A stretch of 63,790 nucleotides of DNA, counting the filler, from Collodictyon triciliatum (lineage: Eukaryota): assembly GCA_043381765.1 (NCBI GenBank). It is 9 parts of 9 records of this genome, joined end to end, with 100 filler letters (N's around TTAATTAATTAA, not from the genome) between each part and the next. Parts side by side here need not be neighbours in the genome. Positions count along the whole stretch, not along the records: positions 38,861 to 45,203 come from JBHJMP010003469.1; positions 45,304 to 53,646 come from JBHJMP010003470.1; 7 more parts are not named here. The stretch is one strand, 5' to 3'. Positions 39,072 to 50,723 of the stretch are shown piece after piece; within the stretch, counting starts at the first letter, position 1; each line of letters opens with the position of its first letter. The translations under genes and the position numbers were made by a program. The notes beneath the pieces are model-generated. The model was not told the DNA's origin, searched no databases, and worked only from the letters and a program-made list of their open reading frames with translations.

Positions 39072-40463
39072 GATTGATTGGCGAATATATCAAAACACTC
39101 CACCTTGACAAGTGCGTTGTTGTTGGCACTTTATTCATGTCAAATTATAGTAGCATTGCGACCGGTGGGACTGTTGTTCAGGTTTATTTTACAATATGAA
39201 AACAATTCGCCCATTTATGAAACGGATAAATAATTCCTTTGTCATCCACATGTGATCTATCTCTTGGATTAATATCTCCTTTTATTGTAGCGAGCACATG
39301 CCTTGAGCCAGATTCTTAATTGTCCAAATGCTGTTTTAGAAAAAGGTGTTGATGGGAACCAGCATATGATCGGTAAATCAGATAATAAAATAAAGACAAC
39401 ATAAAAGGATGATGCCCATAGCTTGCTAGATTTGACATACATTTCCACGATAGATTACAGATTTATTGTAGTATCGTTAGCTATATATTATAAGGCTAAC
39501 GATACTAGGTTTATTTTGGTTTTTTTTTCCTCAAAACTTCTTGTCTCTCCCACCATAACAATCAAATATTATTTTCTTTTAACCCCAGGCGATGTGACTG
39601 ATTCGGATGTCGTGATTATGTCTGATATTCTTGATACTTGCAAGACACTCCTTAGTTCCTTGGATGTTCTTAAGAAGTCAAAGGCAACTTTACTTTATAT
39701 CTTGCGGTTATAGTTTAGATTGATTCATCATAAAGTGATTCCTTATATCAACAAGGAACCCAGACGACAATATTTTTTTTTATTTTTTGCTGAATTTTTT
39801 ATAACTCATCAATACATTATCAATAATATTATTTTTCTGGTCATAGGCAAAACGCTTGATTGCTGTCGGTATTCACCCAATATTCAGCCCAGGGGCTGAC
39901 ATCATACAAACACTGCAAGATTCGTCCCTCGAGAAGATTATAGTTACAAACTCTATTGCGATTCCTGTTGGAAAGTGGTCAAAAGTGATTGTTTATTTTG
40001 CCGTGGCCTACAAATTATTTTGTTAACGACTTCATCGCTGCTTTGATTTGAATTGATTTTTTTTTTTTACCAGCAATCATGCTTCTCTAAACCACATTAG
40101 ATTCATGTCATCGATGTCGCCCCCATCCTTGCTGAGGCTGTGCGTCGTATTCACAACGAGGAGGTTGTGTTTTCTTTCTTTCTTTCTTTCTTTCTTTCCT
40201 TCTTTCCTTCTTTCCTTCTTTCTTTCCTTCTTTCTTTCCTTCTTTCTTTCCTTCTTTCTTTCCTTCTTTCTTTCCTTCTTTCTTTCCTTCTTTCTTTCCT
40301 TCTTTCTTTCCTTCTTTCTTAATATTTATTTCATCCTTTAATCTGTGACTACATATTTGTGTGGCACTCATGAAGAAAGAAAATTAGAGGGGTACAATCG
40401 GGTCACTAAAATCTCTGTCCAACAGAACTTCTAGGGTACCACTTGACGAAGAGCTACGGCTAA
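39072..40463 (+). CDS. Divergent ribose-phosphate pyrophosphokinase (PRPS/PRPSAP-like), C-terminal half
   Basis: RAHALSQILNCPNAVLEK..MIGDVTDSDVVIMSDILDTCKTL..AKRLIAVGIHPIFS..LEKIIVTNSI..IHVIDVAPILAEAVRRIHNEE. Confidence 0.85.
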
Positions 40464-40489
40464 TAAAAACTAAAAATAAAGAAATAAAG

Positions 40490-40546
40490 AAGCGGAACCA
40501 AAAAATTTTTTTCCTTTATTCGATTCAAAGTAAGCGGAGCCTAAAA
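40490..40546 (-). mobile_element. Ultra-truncated retroposon 3' end with diverged TSD
   Basis: AAGCGGAACCAAAAA and AAGCGGAGCCTAAAA flank poly-T plus CCTTTATTCGATTCAAAG. Confidence 0.65.
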
Positions 40547-40599
40547 TAAAATAAAAACCAATTTTTGTTTCTTTTTCCCCCTTAAATTTCTGGTATTCA

Positions 40600-42021
40600 T
40601 TAGAATAAATGACGTGCAATCCTTACAAAATGAATCATGCTTGAATAGTTTGGCACGAAGATGTGGTCTAAGTACACTAGAATATATATATATTCTTTAT
40701 TATTCACTTTGTTCAACAAAGTCATCTCCATTTGGATGAATATCGGCACCAAAAGCTGCGTCCCCTTCGTCTCCGATATCTTGATTTTGAGGCTCGTTAT
40801 CGTCCTCATCCTGGTGTGGGTCTGCATTCTCGAGGTATGGATTTACAAAGTCATCTGCCAACCGAGCAAAGCTAGTGGCAGGTTCTTCGTCTGGCTCTAC
40901 TTCTATGTCATCCTTGGATGCGTTTTCCTTCAAATAACGCGAAACCGTGCATAGGAGTGGAAGAAAAGAAATGGAAGGTGTGGTTGATGAGAGAAATACT
41001 GAGAGGTTCGCCTTCGTGTGGCTAGCTATCATCTGAGTGTGCTTGCTTGATAAAAATAAATGTATGTAATAATGGGTCTGTGTAACAAACGTATAGGTGA
41101 TTGTGTTCCTCGAATAATAAGAAATACTAGTACTAGAACTGACCTTGGAGCGTTTTCTGGGTTTCTTTACTTTTTCCACTGCCCCTTCTTCTTCGAGGAA
41201 ATCTTTGACAACTGAAATCTGCGAATCATACGAGTTTACCTTCACTTGCGTGTTTGTTATATGATGAAATAATCTTGCTTTCGTGTACAGTATTCTGAAT
41301 TTTACTCCATACATACATACATACATACATACATACATACATACATACATACATACATACATACATACATACATACATACATACATACATACATACATAC
41401 ATACATGTCCCCATGAGTATACAAACCATATCAGGTGTTTTGCGCAGAAAAAGATACAGGTCATCTGGTTGCACTCGGTTGCGCCGGGCATGCTTAGCAA
41501 AAAGTCCTAAATCTCGAGCTACCTGGCCTGTGCCGCAACATCTTTAAAAAAAACATTGTATTCTCACAAAGAAGGCACAGGAATGGTGATGGTTCGTGGT
41601 ATGCTGCATACAGCGTGTAACAATGGAGGCGCATATGAAGAGTATGATACGCTATTGATAAAAAGAAAAAAAGAAAAAGGGACGGGAAGGAGCGATGGTA
41701 ATAAACCTGAATGGAAGGTAAGGGTGGTCGCATCGGGTGGGTGGAGGGAGAAAAGAACCTGAGTATTGCAGCACAACTTCAGTAAGAGCGGACACGAACT
41801 GCTTGGTGACCGCCGCGCCCACTTTCGGGCCTGAGTCATGGTGTGAAGTCTGTAAGCATGGGGTTTGAGAACCTCGAGCTTGTCCTTTTCATAGCGAGCC
41901 TAGTCTCACCTTCTTGTTCGCATATTTTAGCGACCGTGTGGTAGACCGAAGCCATTAGCCTCTCATCAAAGGCGGTGCCTTCCGTATCGTTTTGTGCGTT
42001 TCCTTGATCCTCTCCTTCCAT
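40600..42021 (-). CDS. CENPS: Centromere protein S / MHF1 (histone fold) with an acidic C-terminal tail
   Basis: DERLMASVYHTVAKICEQE/GPKVGAAVTKQFVSALTEVVLQYS/GQVARDLGLFAKHARRNRVQPDDLYLFLRK matches the CENP-S histone fold. Stop at 40700 or 40600 depending on the last intron. Confidence 0.88.
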
Positions 42022-42196
42022 CTGGTGCTCTCTCTTTGAGTGGGGAAGCAAGTTATATTGACCGAAAAGGTGATTTTATTATTGCTATGGTCTTGTTTTG
42101 CATGTCACCCGTGCCGCGTGGCGGCGTTGCTGATCGGCTCGACCCGGCTCCACTCGATTGATCATAATTTTTTATTCAGCTTTAATGTAGTTTTTG

Positions 42197-42320
42197 CTAG
42201 AAGAGTTCATATATCTTCCGATTGGCAAACTTGGTGCGCTCGTATCCAAGGTCTCACCACTTTTTTCACAAAGATCGTGTAGTGGTGAAGACTGCCAGGA
42301 AAGACCCGACAGCCTGTTTT
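42197..42320 (-). ncRNA. Putative Fanzor omegaRNA scaffold
   Basis: Nested helices at the 3' end of the Fanzor ORF, minus strand: TCTTTCC/GGAAGA, TGGCA/TGCCA, GTCT(T)CACCACT/AGTGGTGAGAC, CAC/GTG, CTTGG/CCAAG. Confidence 0.6.
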
Positions 42321-44190
42321 TTTAAAGGAAGGTGTATGCATTTTTTGAAGGATTGGAAGAACTTTGTTGAGTATATCATTAGCGCTGTTAAAGTCCATCA
42401 TCAAGAATACAGTTTGTTTGCTTTCTGAGCGATTGCATTCTTAACATATGAGACATATATACAACTTTTTTGTATATCCTTTCGGTATCATATATTCCAG
42501 TTCTTTTTCGCAGTTACAGCACATCTTGAAGGTTCTAAATTCATCTACACTGATTGTTTCAAAACGTTTGGATAGTATTTTTTCGTAATCCTCTTCCGTT
42601 TATTGCCATCAAATGGTTCATCTGAGATTTTCTGCTTCAGTCTCCATACACCAGTACAACACCATCGCCGATTGTCTTTTCCATTCGGTCCATAAACAAT
42701 TTTTCACTTCTTTTTGTATTAACATACTGTCCCCATCTCAACTTTCGAAAAGTTACTTGTTTATAAAATCTGGAAAGTACTATCCGGAATCATAATTCCA
42801 CAGATACATATTATCGAAATTATTCATAATCGACTGTACTTTAATTATGTTTACTCAATTCTGTCTCTAAATCGATTAAAGATACTCTTGATGTCTCAAA
42901 CTGCTGATTCTTTTCAAAAGTCATGTGACCAAAAGAAACAACACTGTGTAAATCTGTTGTCATGCATATAGCTGAAGCCTTGTACTTTTTTTTTCTTGCA
43001 CAAGAGTATTTTTTGATTTTTAAGAGATTTGCTTTCATGTCTTGTTTGATGTGCCGTGTAACGTGATTTCTTACCTGCCTCATCCACCATGCAAACAAAA
43101 TTAAACTTGCCTGCATCCAATCTAACTATTTATTTATTCGCTATTAAAAATAACTGCTCTTCGGAAAGTTCATCTATATAAACAATCCCGGAGTTTTTTT
43201 GATAAAATTGGAATTTTGAATTTGAAATACCTTTTCAAACAATAATAACACCGCCAAACCGTCTGTTTGTATCATGCATTTGAAATTTTAGTCTCATTGA
43301 TGTAAAGGCCCTCTTTTTCATTTCAAAGAACTTATCCCATAGTGTATCTTAGCATCCTGATATATTCTTCATTGATAATGTTTTCCAGTTGATACTAATA
43401 GACTTATCAAACATGCAGTATCTAGAGTTATATGACACGGTATATTGTTAGTTCTTATAGAGATTGGTTGATACAGTTTGGTTCCAATGTCTTAAAAATG
43501 TGATTCATGTATATCAGACATGTAATGTACTTATTTGGATTGACTTTGGTGCCATATTCGATACCATTTACAATATCGCTGAGAATGATATGATGCAAAT
43601 GCATTATAGCCCATCCTTTATATTGTTCAGTATTTCGAGTTTCTTGAAGATAGCTTTTTTTAACTTTCGTAACTCTGCCCTTTTAATGGCTTCCGTCATA
43701 TTCTCATCTTTAGGAACTTTTGATTTATAAAGCGCAGTAACCTCTTTACAAAATGCTCCTTGATTTTATTATGATGAGCTGTGAACATTTGTTTCGCCAA
43801 GTACGGTAATGCATGAGACAGTCTAACCAACAGAAAATGTTCTTATCGGGACAAAAGGAATCGAAAATCATAGATAAAAAGTCATCATATCTTTTCTCAT
43901 ATCTGATCTTTTAAACTTGCGGGTATATCTTGCGGAACTATTCCGAATGTCTTTAAAGCGAACAAAAAACACATTTCATCGATTGTTGGGAGTAGTTGTG
44001 ATTTCTATATGTAACATATTACATACAGATAAGTGTCGGTAACCAAGTTATGACACAATAAAACCGTATCGTTGATTTTGTCGTAGTCATCCGCATTCTT
44101 TACAATCGACTTTAGAGATGTTTTCACATTTCGATAGTATGGTTTTACAGACTTTATATTCTCAGACTCAAGATGTTTTCTTTTCTTCAT
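42310..44190 (-). pseudogene. Fanzor1 (eukaryotic TnpB-like RNA-guided endonuclease), frameshifted and stop-disrupted, about 620 codons
   Basis: Reconstructed across frames: MKKRK..YRNVKTSLKSIVK..KINDTVLLCHNLVTDTY..LPTIDE; LPYLAKQMFTAHHNKIKEHFVKRLLRFIN; RuvC-I IVRLDAGKFNFVCMVDEAGKKSRYTAHQTRHES; LETELSKHN..FYKQVTFRKLRWGQYVNTKRSE; RuvC-II ISVDEFRTFKMCCNC; zinc finger CLIC*EC; RuvC-III MMDFNSANDIL. No introns. Confidence 0.88.
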
Positions 44191-45170
44191 CTGAAAGTTT
44201 TTGTTTTGCTTTTTTCCTTTAGGAAAATACCGAGTTTTCAATTTTAATAAAACTTAAGTCTATTATCAATTTCACAAAAACAACTGCATAAAATCAATTC
44301 AGTTAAAATTAAGCATCTACCAAGACTCTCAAAATGTGCGCATTGTGGAAAACAAACACACAAAGTTTTTTTTTTGTAAATGATTTGAGACAAAACGCTG
44401 AAAGCCGATTCGGCGAGTTCGAAAGGACGGCCGTACAGCCGTTGCGACTGAAAGTCATCATATCGACCCCAAACAACGTGATTACCGCCGCAAGTGTGGA
44501 TAGTATGCTTTTTTGAAATGCATATTTGGTGGTAGAGGGTTTATAGGGTGGGTTCTGTCTGGGCCAAGCCAAGGGCTTGTTTGTAATTTTTGAATATTTG
44601 AACTAATATTTAATAAATGAAAAATAAAATATAAGCTGATTACAGGAATAGAATTGAGATAATGAAGTATTTTTAAGCTTATTATATATACTAATCATAC
44701 TATTATATTATTCAGGTTGCTTCTTGGATTGATCAAAGCTCCTGCTTTCGTCAATCCAGATTTAATTCGATGGTTGTCTGTGCAATAAATCGCCATATGT
44801 GTGGGTACACTTTCGTTGTATGAAAAGTGTTGTGCCTTGAAAGGGATAAAACCGAGTTCGTCACAACCTTTGCGATGAAGTTTATCTATTTACAGGCTGG
44901 ATGAGACCGAAGAGAAAAAGAAAAGAAAAAAGAAAAAAGAAAAAAGAAGAAAAAGAAAAAGAAAAAGAAAAAGAAAAAGAAAAAGAAAAAGAAAAAGAAA
45001 AAGAAAAAGAAAAAGAAAAAAGAAAAAGAAAAAGAAAAAAGAAAAAGAAACAGATGAATGAATCAGAGCAACTAATACTGAGCACTATAATCATAATTAT
45101 CTCGCTACCCGTGGGTGGATGGCCTTAAATTTGATAGGTCTTTCTTATTCCTCTTTATTATTATTATTAC

Positions 45171-45203
<33 letters not shown>

Positions 45204-45303
45204 NNNNNNNNNNNNNNNNNNNNNNNNNNNNNNNNNNNNNNNNNNNNTTAATTAATTAANNNNNNNNNNNNNNNNNNNNNNNNNNNNNNNNNNNNNNNNN
45301 NNN

Positions 45304-45348
<45 letters not shown>

Positions 45349-45466
45349 ATCCATTCGTTCTGCGGTCCAATCAAGAAAGAGAGAAAGAGAAAAAAATATG
45401 GTGGAGATTGTCATTCTGTCCGGGTGGATTTCCTGTGCACCGAGGCTGTTGTGTGCATCGTTGCCT

Positions 45467-48400
45467 TCAAGAATACGGGTTTGGCCTGTAAGCGGCCTGG
45501 TTCATGTCTGGATATGGGTATGGATAGGGACACGGATTGGCATAAGGGGCCATCCCTGGTTGCATGATGGCCTGCATGTTCATGCCGTATGGAACCAGGG
45601 CACCGGGTTGCGGAAGTCCCATCCCCATCGACTGGCTGCCGGCACTCAACGAGTAGTTTGGGCGCACAGGAGGTTGCATGGACGTGTGGGGCTGGACTTG
45701 GGGAGTGAGAACAGCGGACGACATCTGCGCCCCTGGCGGTGGCGGTGTGCTCTTCTGTTGCGTAGGGCCCAGAAGAGAATCTACATCATTCTAGTTGCAC
45801 AGATATTAAAAGCTTTTGAGCCAAGGATGTAACCAGCTTCAATTCGGACACTTTTACAAAGCACAGATACATTCATCAGATTCAAAGGAGGATTCAAAAT
45901 AAATAAGTAAATAAATAAATAAAAATGTATGAATTGTTATCAGAGTTAATATATCATATGCTGCTTTGTGTTCGAAAGAATATATCTGAAACCGGGAGTG
46001 TCGTGCGGCGTTGGGAGCTGTTCACCGTTGAGACAGGAGCTTTGCTTGGCTCATTCACTTCTCCAAATAGTTCGTCGAAAGTGTCATCTGAAGGCGTAGA
46101 TTTTTTTGCCTTTCCTTTACGGCTGAAAGATGGCTCTGGTTCTGTGGCGAGGTCCTTAGATTTTGCTTTCTCTTGCTTCTCGATGGCCTTGGAGGAGACT
46201 TTCCCTTGTTTCTTCTTTCGCTCGCCTGAATCCATGTTCTCCTTGACTGACTTTTTGGCATCAACATTTGTGGAAGACTTTGACTTTGACTTTTGCTTCA
46301 CAACTTCTTCCTCACTTTCATTCTCTGAACTAGAATCTTTCTTCGATTTAGATTTAGACGATGCATTCTCTTTGCTCCTTCCTTTACTTTTAACTTTGGT
46401 TGCAGGGGGTGTCACCTCGTCTCCTTCAGAGTTATATTCTTTTTTGGCCCTGGAGGAGGCCTTTGGCTTGCTCTTGGTTTTTTGGGGGGCTCCGATATCT
46501 TCCTTTTGATACTCCTCATCAGTGCTTTCATCAGAGTTTGCTGCTTTTTTTGAAGTAAGATTGCCTTTGGTGCCTTTCTTTGAGGATGGTCTTACTTTTT
46601 TATCTTCATCACTGTCATCTGATGCATCAGCAGCTTTACCTTTTCTTGTTTCTTTAGACTTCACCCTCGCTTTGACTTTCGCTTTGCTCTTAGCTTCGTA
46701 GTGCTCATCAGATTCATCACTATCACTCGAAGATGCAGCTTTTAAAGACACCTTTCGATTCGCACGTTTCTTTGATTTTGGGGGAACCTTATCCTCTGAA
46801 CTTTCCAAATCACTAGAATCTGAATTTGTTGCGTCGCTGTTCTTGTAAAAATCAGACAAATCAGACTCGTCAAAGACGGGAGAATCATCTGATATAGGGG
46901 AATCCGAGGTTGTTTTTTTGTGTGGAGGTGCCGAAGATTTCTTCGCTTGTGATTTCTTCTTAATCGATGCGCGAGCGGTTTCTTTATCGGAATCCTCAGA
47001 TACGTCAGACTCGTCATTTAATCGCTTCAGGACCTTTTAGATTAGGAAATTATTTTCAGAGGAAAAAAAAATTAAATTAACTTTAAAATTGACTAATAGT
47101 CATACTTCAGTGCAAAATAATCAAGAGTCCTTATATGATATGGTCAGTAATTTGAAATGAAAGAATGACAAAGCAAAAACATACAGCTGACATACACAAA
47201 AAATAAAAATAAAAATCATGGCAATGTGGGTCCCGTTTTCTAATGAGGAGGGAGGTAAACCTTCTTGGCCTTATCGCGAACAGAAGCTTGAGGAGTTTGG
47301 AGTGTATCCTCAATGAAGTCAGATGAACGAGAGAAGAGTGGTTTGTAAGTGTTTTCTTCATACTTTAGTAGGCCATCGATAAAATAGAGGCATTTCTGTG
47401 AGTTCAGATGGTTAGAATAATGAACATAATTTAGTAAATCTAAGAAAAAAATATTGATATAGTTATTCGTGCGCTCCCGATGACGATTTTCTTGTTAGCT
47501 ATATGTGCGTTATTATTTTATATAAACACAAACAAACAAACAAACAAACAAACAAACAAACAAACAAACAAACAAACAAACAAACAAACAAACAAACAAA
47601 CAAACAAACAAACAAACAAACAAATAAATAAATAAATAAACAGACAAATTTTATTGAACAACTCACAAGGCGAACTTGCCACTCAGGGTTTTCCAAAGTT
47701 CGTAAAAGTAAGCGGGCAAGTTTCTTTTTGTTCAACGACTCCGAATAAGTGTGAAATAATTTTATCGATTCAGGGGGAGGACTCACGCGTGTATTTGGAT
47801 TTAAAATGGCAGCATCAATTAATCTCTCTTCAGGAGTTCTATTTAAAAATATTAGTTTGTGTTGAGAAATAATAATACACAATTATATATTTTAGAAAAA
47901 TAAATAAAGCCTGTCACTAAGCATTTCGTTGTTATCTTTCCAAATGGGACCTTGCACTGGTGTTTGTTAAAGAGGTGTCAGGATTCGGGCTAGTAGCCTC
48001 GTCTGTATTAGAAAAGGATATAAACGGACAAGTTAAAAGGGGGATAGACTGAGAAACAGGGTATCAAAAAGAAAAATGAAACAAAGAAAATTTCTATTTA
48101 ATCAACTTGACTTCTATTGCGCCAAGTGTAGGAACAGTATACAAAAATAAAAACAGAAAATGACACAAACCTGCTTTGCTACGGCGAATATTAGATATAA
48201 AATCTGGATTTTAACGAGCCAATTTAGTTTGTAGTATGAATCAGTTTAAGAGTAGGGAGATATATATGATTCTATGAAAATCTTATTTGATTACCCAGAT
48301 GATGTAAAGATAAGATAATACGAAATAGCTCTTACCAACAGCTCCAGAAAAAGACCATCGAGATGAAGAATTGTCATGATGTATATCCCCAGAGCTAGAT

Positions 48401-49323
48401 TTTTTTCCACTTAAATCAATATGACATGGGTTTTTTTATCTTAATTGGAAAGTTGATAATTGGATAAGTATTCATGGTCAACATGGTGCTAGCGGCACAT
48501 TGTATAAAGAATTGATTACTCGGTATAAGTCTTCCCGCCGATTGAGGGGACAATACTTTTCACTTTCTCCCATGCAACAGTACTAAAAGATGAGTCACCG
48601 TCTGAAGGACCCGACGAAATGGACTGAGTGGCGATGGTGGAAGATGATAAAGGACGCTTGAAAGTTTTTTCTGATGTGAGTATCTCTTCAACAGCCTGTA
48701 GGTGAGTAAAGACAGCCTTTATTAGGATTATTGGACATACAATTAAATTAACATATGTGATAATGTCAAAGGTTTTGAAACCTGGGCAGCAGCACGGACC
48801 ATGTTGTTGTAAGCATCTCCCTTTACAGGATCAGGCTCGGCTCTGTAATCTATACATTTCTCGATAAGTTTTTGGCTCGATTTAAAAAATATCAGATATA
48901 CCACAAGCGTACTTTTGTATGAACGAATGATGTCAATCTTTTGATTGAGAACTTCTGCAAAATCGGCGGGGCCTTTCTGCGCTAGATGTTTCATACAGTT
49001 AAGGGCCTTGTATTTTGGATGGGTTGAAACACCCGTATTGAGTCTCTTCACAAGTAAGTCAACAAGCAGAGCAGATGAGGCCGACGACTTTTGGCAAAGA
49101 ACTAAGTAATGACGAGCAATCATAGTCTAGTTAGAGGACGGAGACAAGATGATATTTGACAATTTTTAATGTAACATATTTAATGATTGCTTCTTTATTT
49201 TCTGAAACCTATGAGCTCGTTGTATAGGTATCCGGGAGTTGGCGCAGCTTCATCAACAGTGGCCTTTCTCACAGTGGACGCTTCGTCCGACATGAAATTA
49301 GTAATCTGAGACAACTGCTCCAT
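45467..49323 (-). CDS. TEPSIN: Tepsin (AP-4 accessory ENTH + VHS-like protein)
   Basis: VRKATVDEAAPTPGYLYNEL..LLVKRL..KYKALNCMKHL..PDPVKGDAYNNMVRAAAQ; second domain TPEERLIDAAILNPNTRVSPPPE..LENPEWQVR..KCLYFIDGLL; S/K/D-rich and Pro-rich tail. Confidence 0.85.
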
Positions 49324-50041
49324 TTTCTTGCCCTAGTGGATGAAAGACATCAAATTAAGATCTCTATGCACTTCAATCCGGTAGCATCATTTCTAATGAG
49401 CGCAAATAGTATGCAAATATATATGATTACACTAAAATAATAGAGTATATCAGTTAAAAAAATGTAAGAATAAAAGTTTCTTAAAAAAATGTATAGGAAA
49501 ACGTAAGGATTTTATAGGAAAATACAAATATAAGAGACAGAAGTATAAAGTAAAAAGCGATAGAATAAAATGCCAGTAGATAAATAAAAAGACGACACAA
49601 AAGTCTGAAAAGGGGCCGCATAAATGGGGTTGAAGGAAGGGATCAACAATAACGAGATCCTCTTCTCGCGTGGTATTTTCCATCCAGCTTGTTTCCCCAT
49701 ATGCTTGGATCAATTTCTTTCGCTCGTCGTCTCAGCGAGGTCCTCCGTCCTGCAGCGCCCGAGGTGGTCGCGAATCTGATTCGTGAGGCCGCCCAGAGAG
49801 GGCGCCTGCGAGTGAATCAGTTGGCCCCAGAAAGATCTGCGCAGTGATCCCATAAGCGACAAATAGCATAACCAGCAAAACACTCATTCAACACCCGTTT
49901 CTGTATATCCATATGTGGATTAGACCCTAAATTTTAGTCAAATCTGGAAAGAGGGCGAAAGTGGCGGGAGTTGGGCTCGGGTGTCCCCATATGGCCAGAG
50001 CTGGGTGGGCTTGCTGAGTTCGCCCTGGGCAAAAACAACGA

Positions 50042-50209
50042 GGGTCTCTCTCTTCCCCCCCTTTATTCGATTTAAAAAGCAACAGGGTTATGCTTTATAA
50101 GGGCCGAGATAGGCGCGTTTGCTAGAGAGCAAACGCGAATAGGAGACTCAAGCGTGGAGGTGCTAGCACTGGAGAGAAATCAGTGATATCTAGAACCACC
50201 GGGGTCTCT
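50042..50209 (-). mobile_element. Longer (about 150 bp) diverged copy of the retroposon 3' end
   Basis: CTTTATTCGATTTAAA..GGTTATGC..GAGAGCAAACGCGA is shared with the 31.1 kb copy. Flanked by GGGTCTCT at 50042-50049 and 50202-50209. Confidence 0.65.
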
Positions 50210-50723
50210 TTAAAGTCTCATGATTTATTCCTTCTGAAAGGTGTGTGTGTGTGTGNNNNNNNNNNNNNNNNNNNNNNNNNNNNNNNNNNNNNNNNNNNNN
50301 NNNNNNNNNNNNNNNNNNNNNNNNNNNNNNNNNNNNNNNNNNNNNNNNNNNNNNNNNNNNNNNNNNNNNNNNNNNNNNNNNNNNNNNNNNNNNNNNNNNN
50401 NNNNNNNNNNNNNNNNNNNNNNNNNNNNNNNNNNNNNNNNNNNNNNNNNNNNNNNNNNNNNNNNNNNNNNNNNNNNNNNNNNNNNNNNNNNNNNNNNNNN
50501 NNNNNNNNNNNNNNNNNNNNNNNNNNNNNNNNNNNNNNNNNNNNNNNNNNNNNNNNNNNNNNNNNNNNNNNNNNNNNNNNNNNNNNNNNNNNNNNNNNNN
50601 NNNNNNNNNNNNNNNNNNNNNNNNNNNNNNNNNNNNNNNNNNNNNNNNNNNNNNNNNNNNNNNNNNNNNNNNNNNNNNNNNNNNNNNNNNNNNNNNNNNN
50701 NNNNNNNNNNNNNNNNNNNNNNN

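Noticed and set aside
42204-44605. AGTTCATATAT / ATATTTGAACT as terminal inverted repeats of the Fanzor element
   Set aside because: Only 10 of 11 bases match in AT-rich DNA and there is no clear TSD, so chance cannot be excluded.
44694-44867. Open minus-strand segment upstream of Fanzor as a possible transposase remnant
   Set aside because: It has no DDE, HUH or serine-recombinase motif and looks like the last exon of a host gene cut by the contig end.
45925-46509. 194-aa plus-strand ORF
   Set aside because: It is the antisense shadow of the S/K/E-rich tepsin exon.
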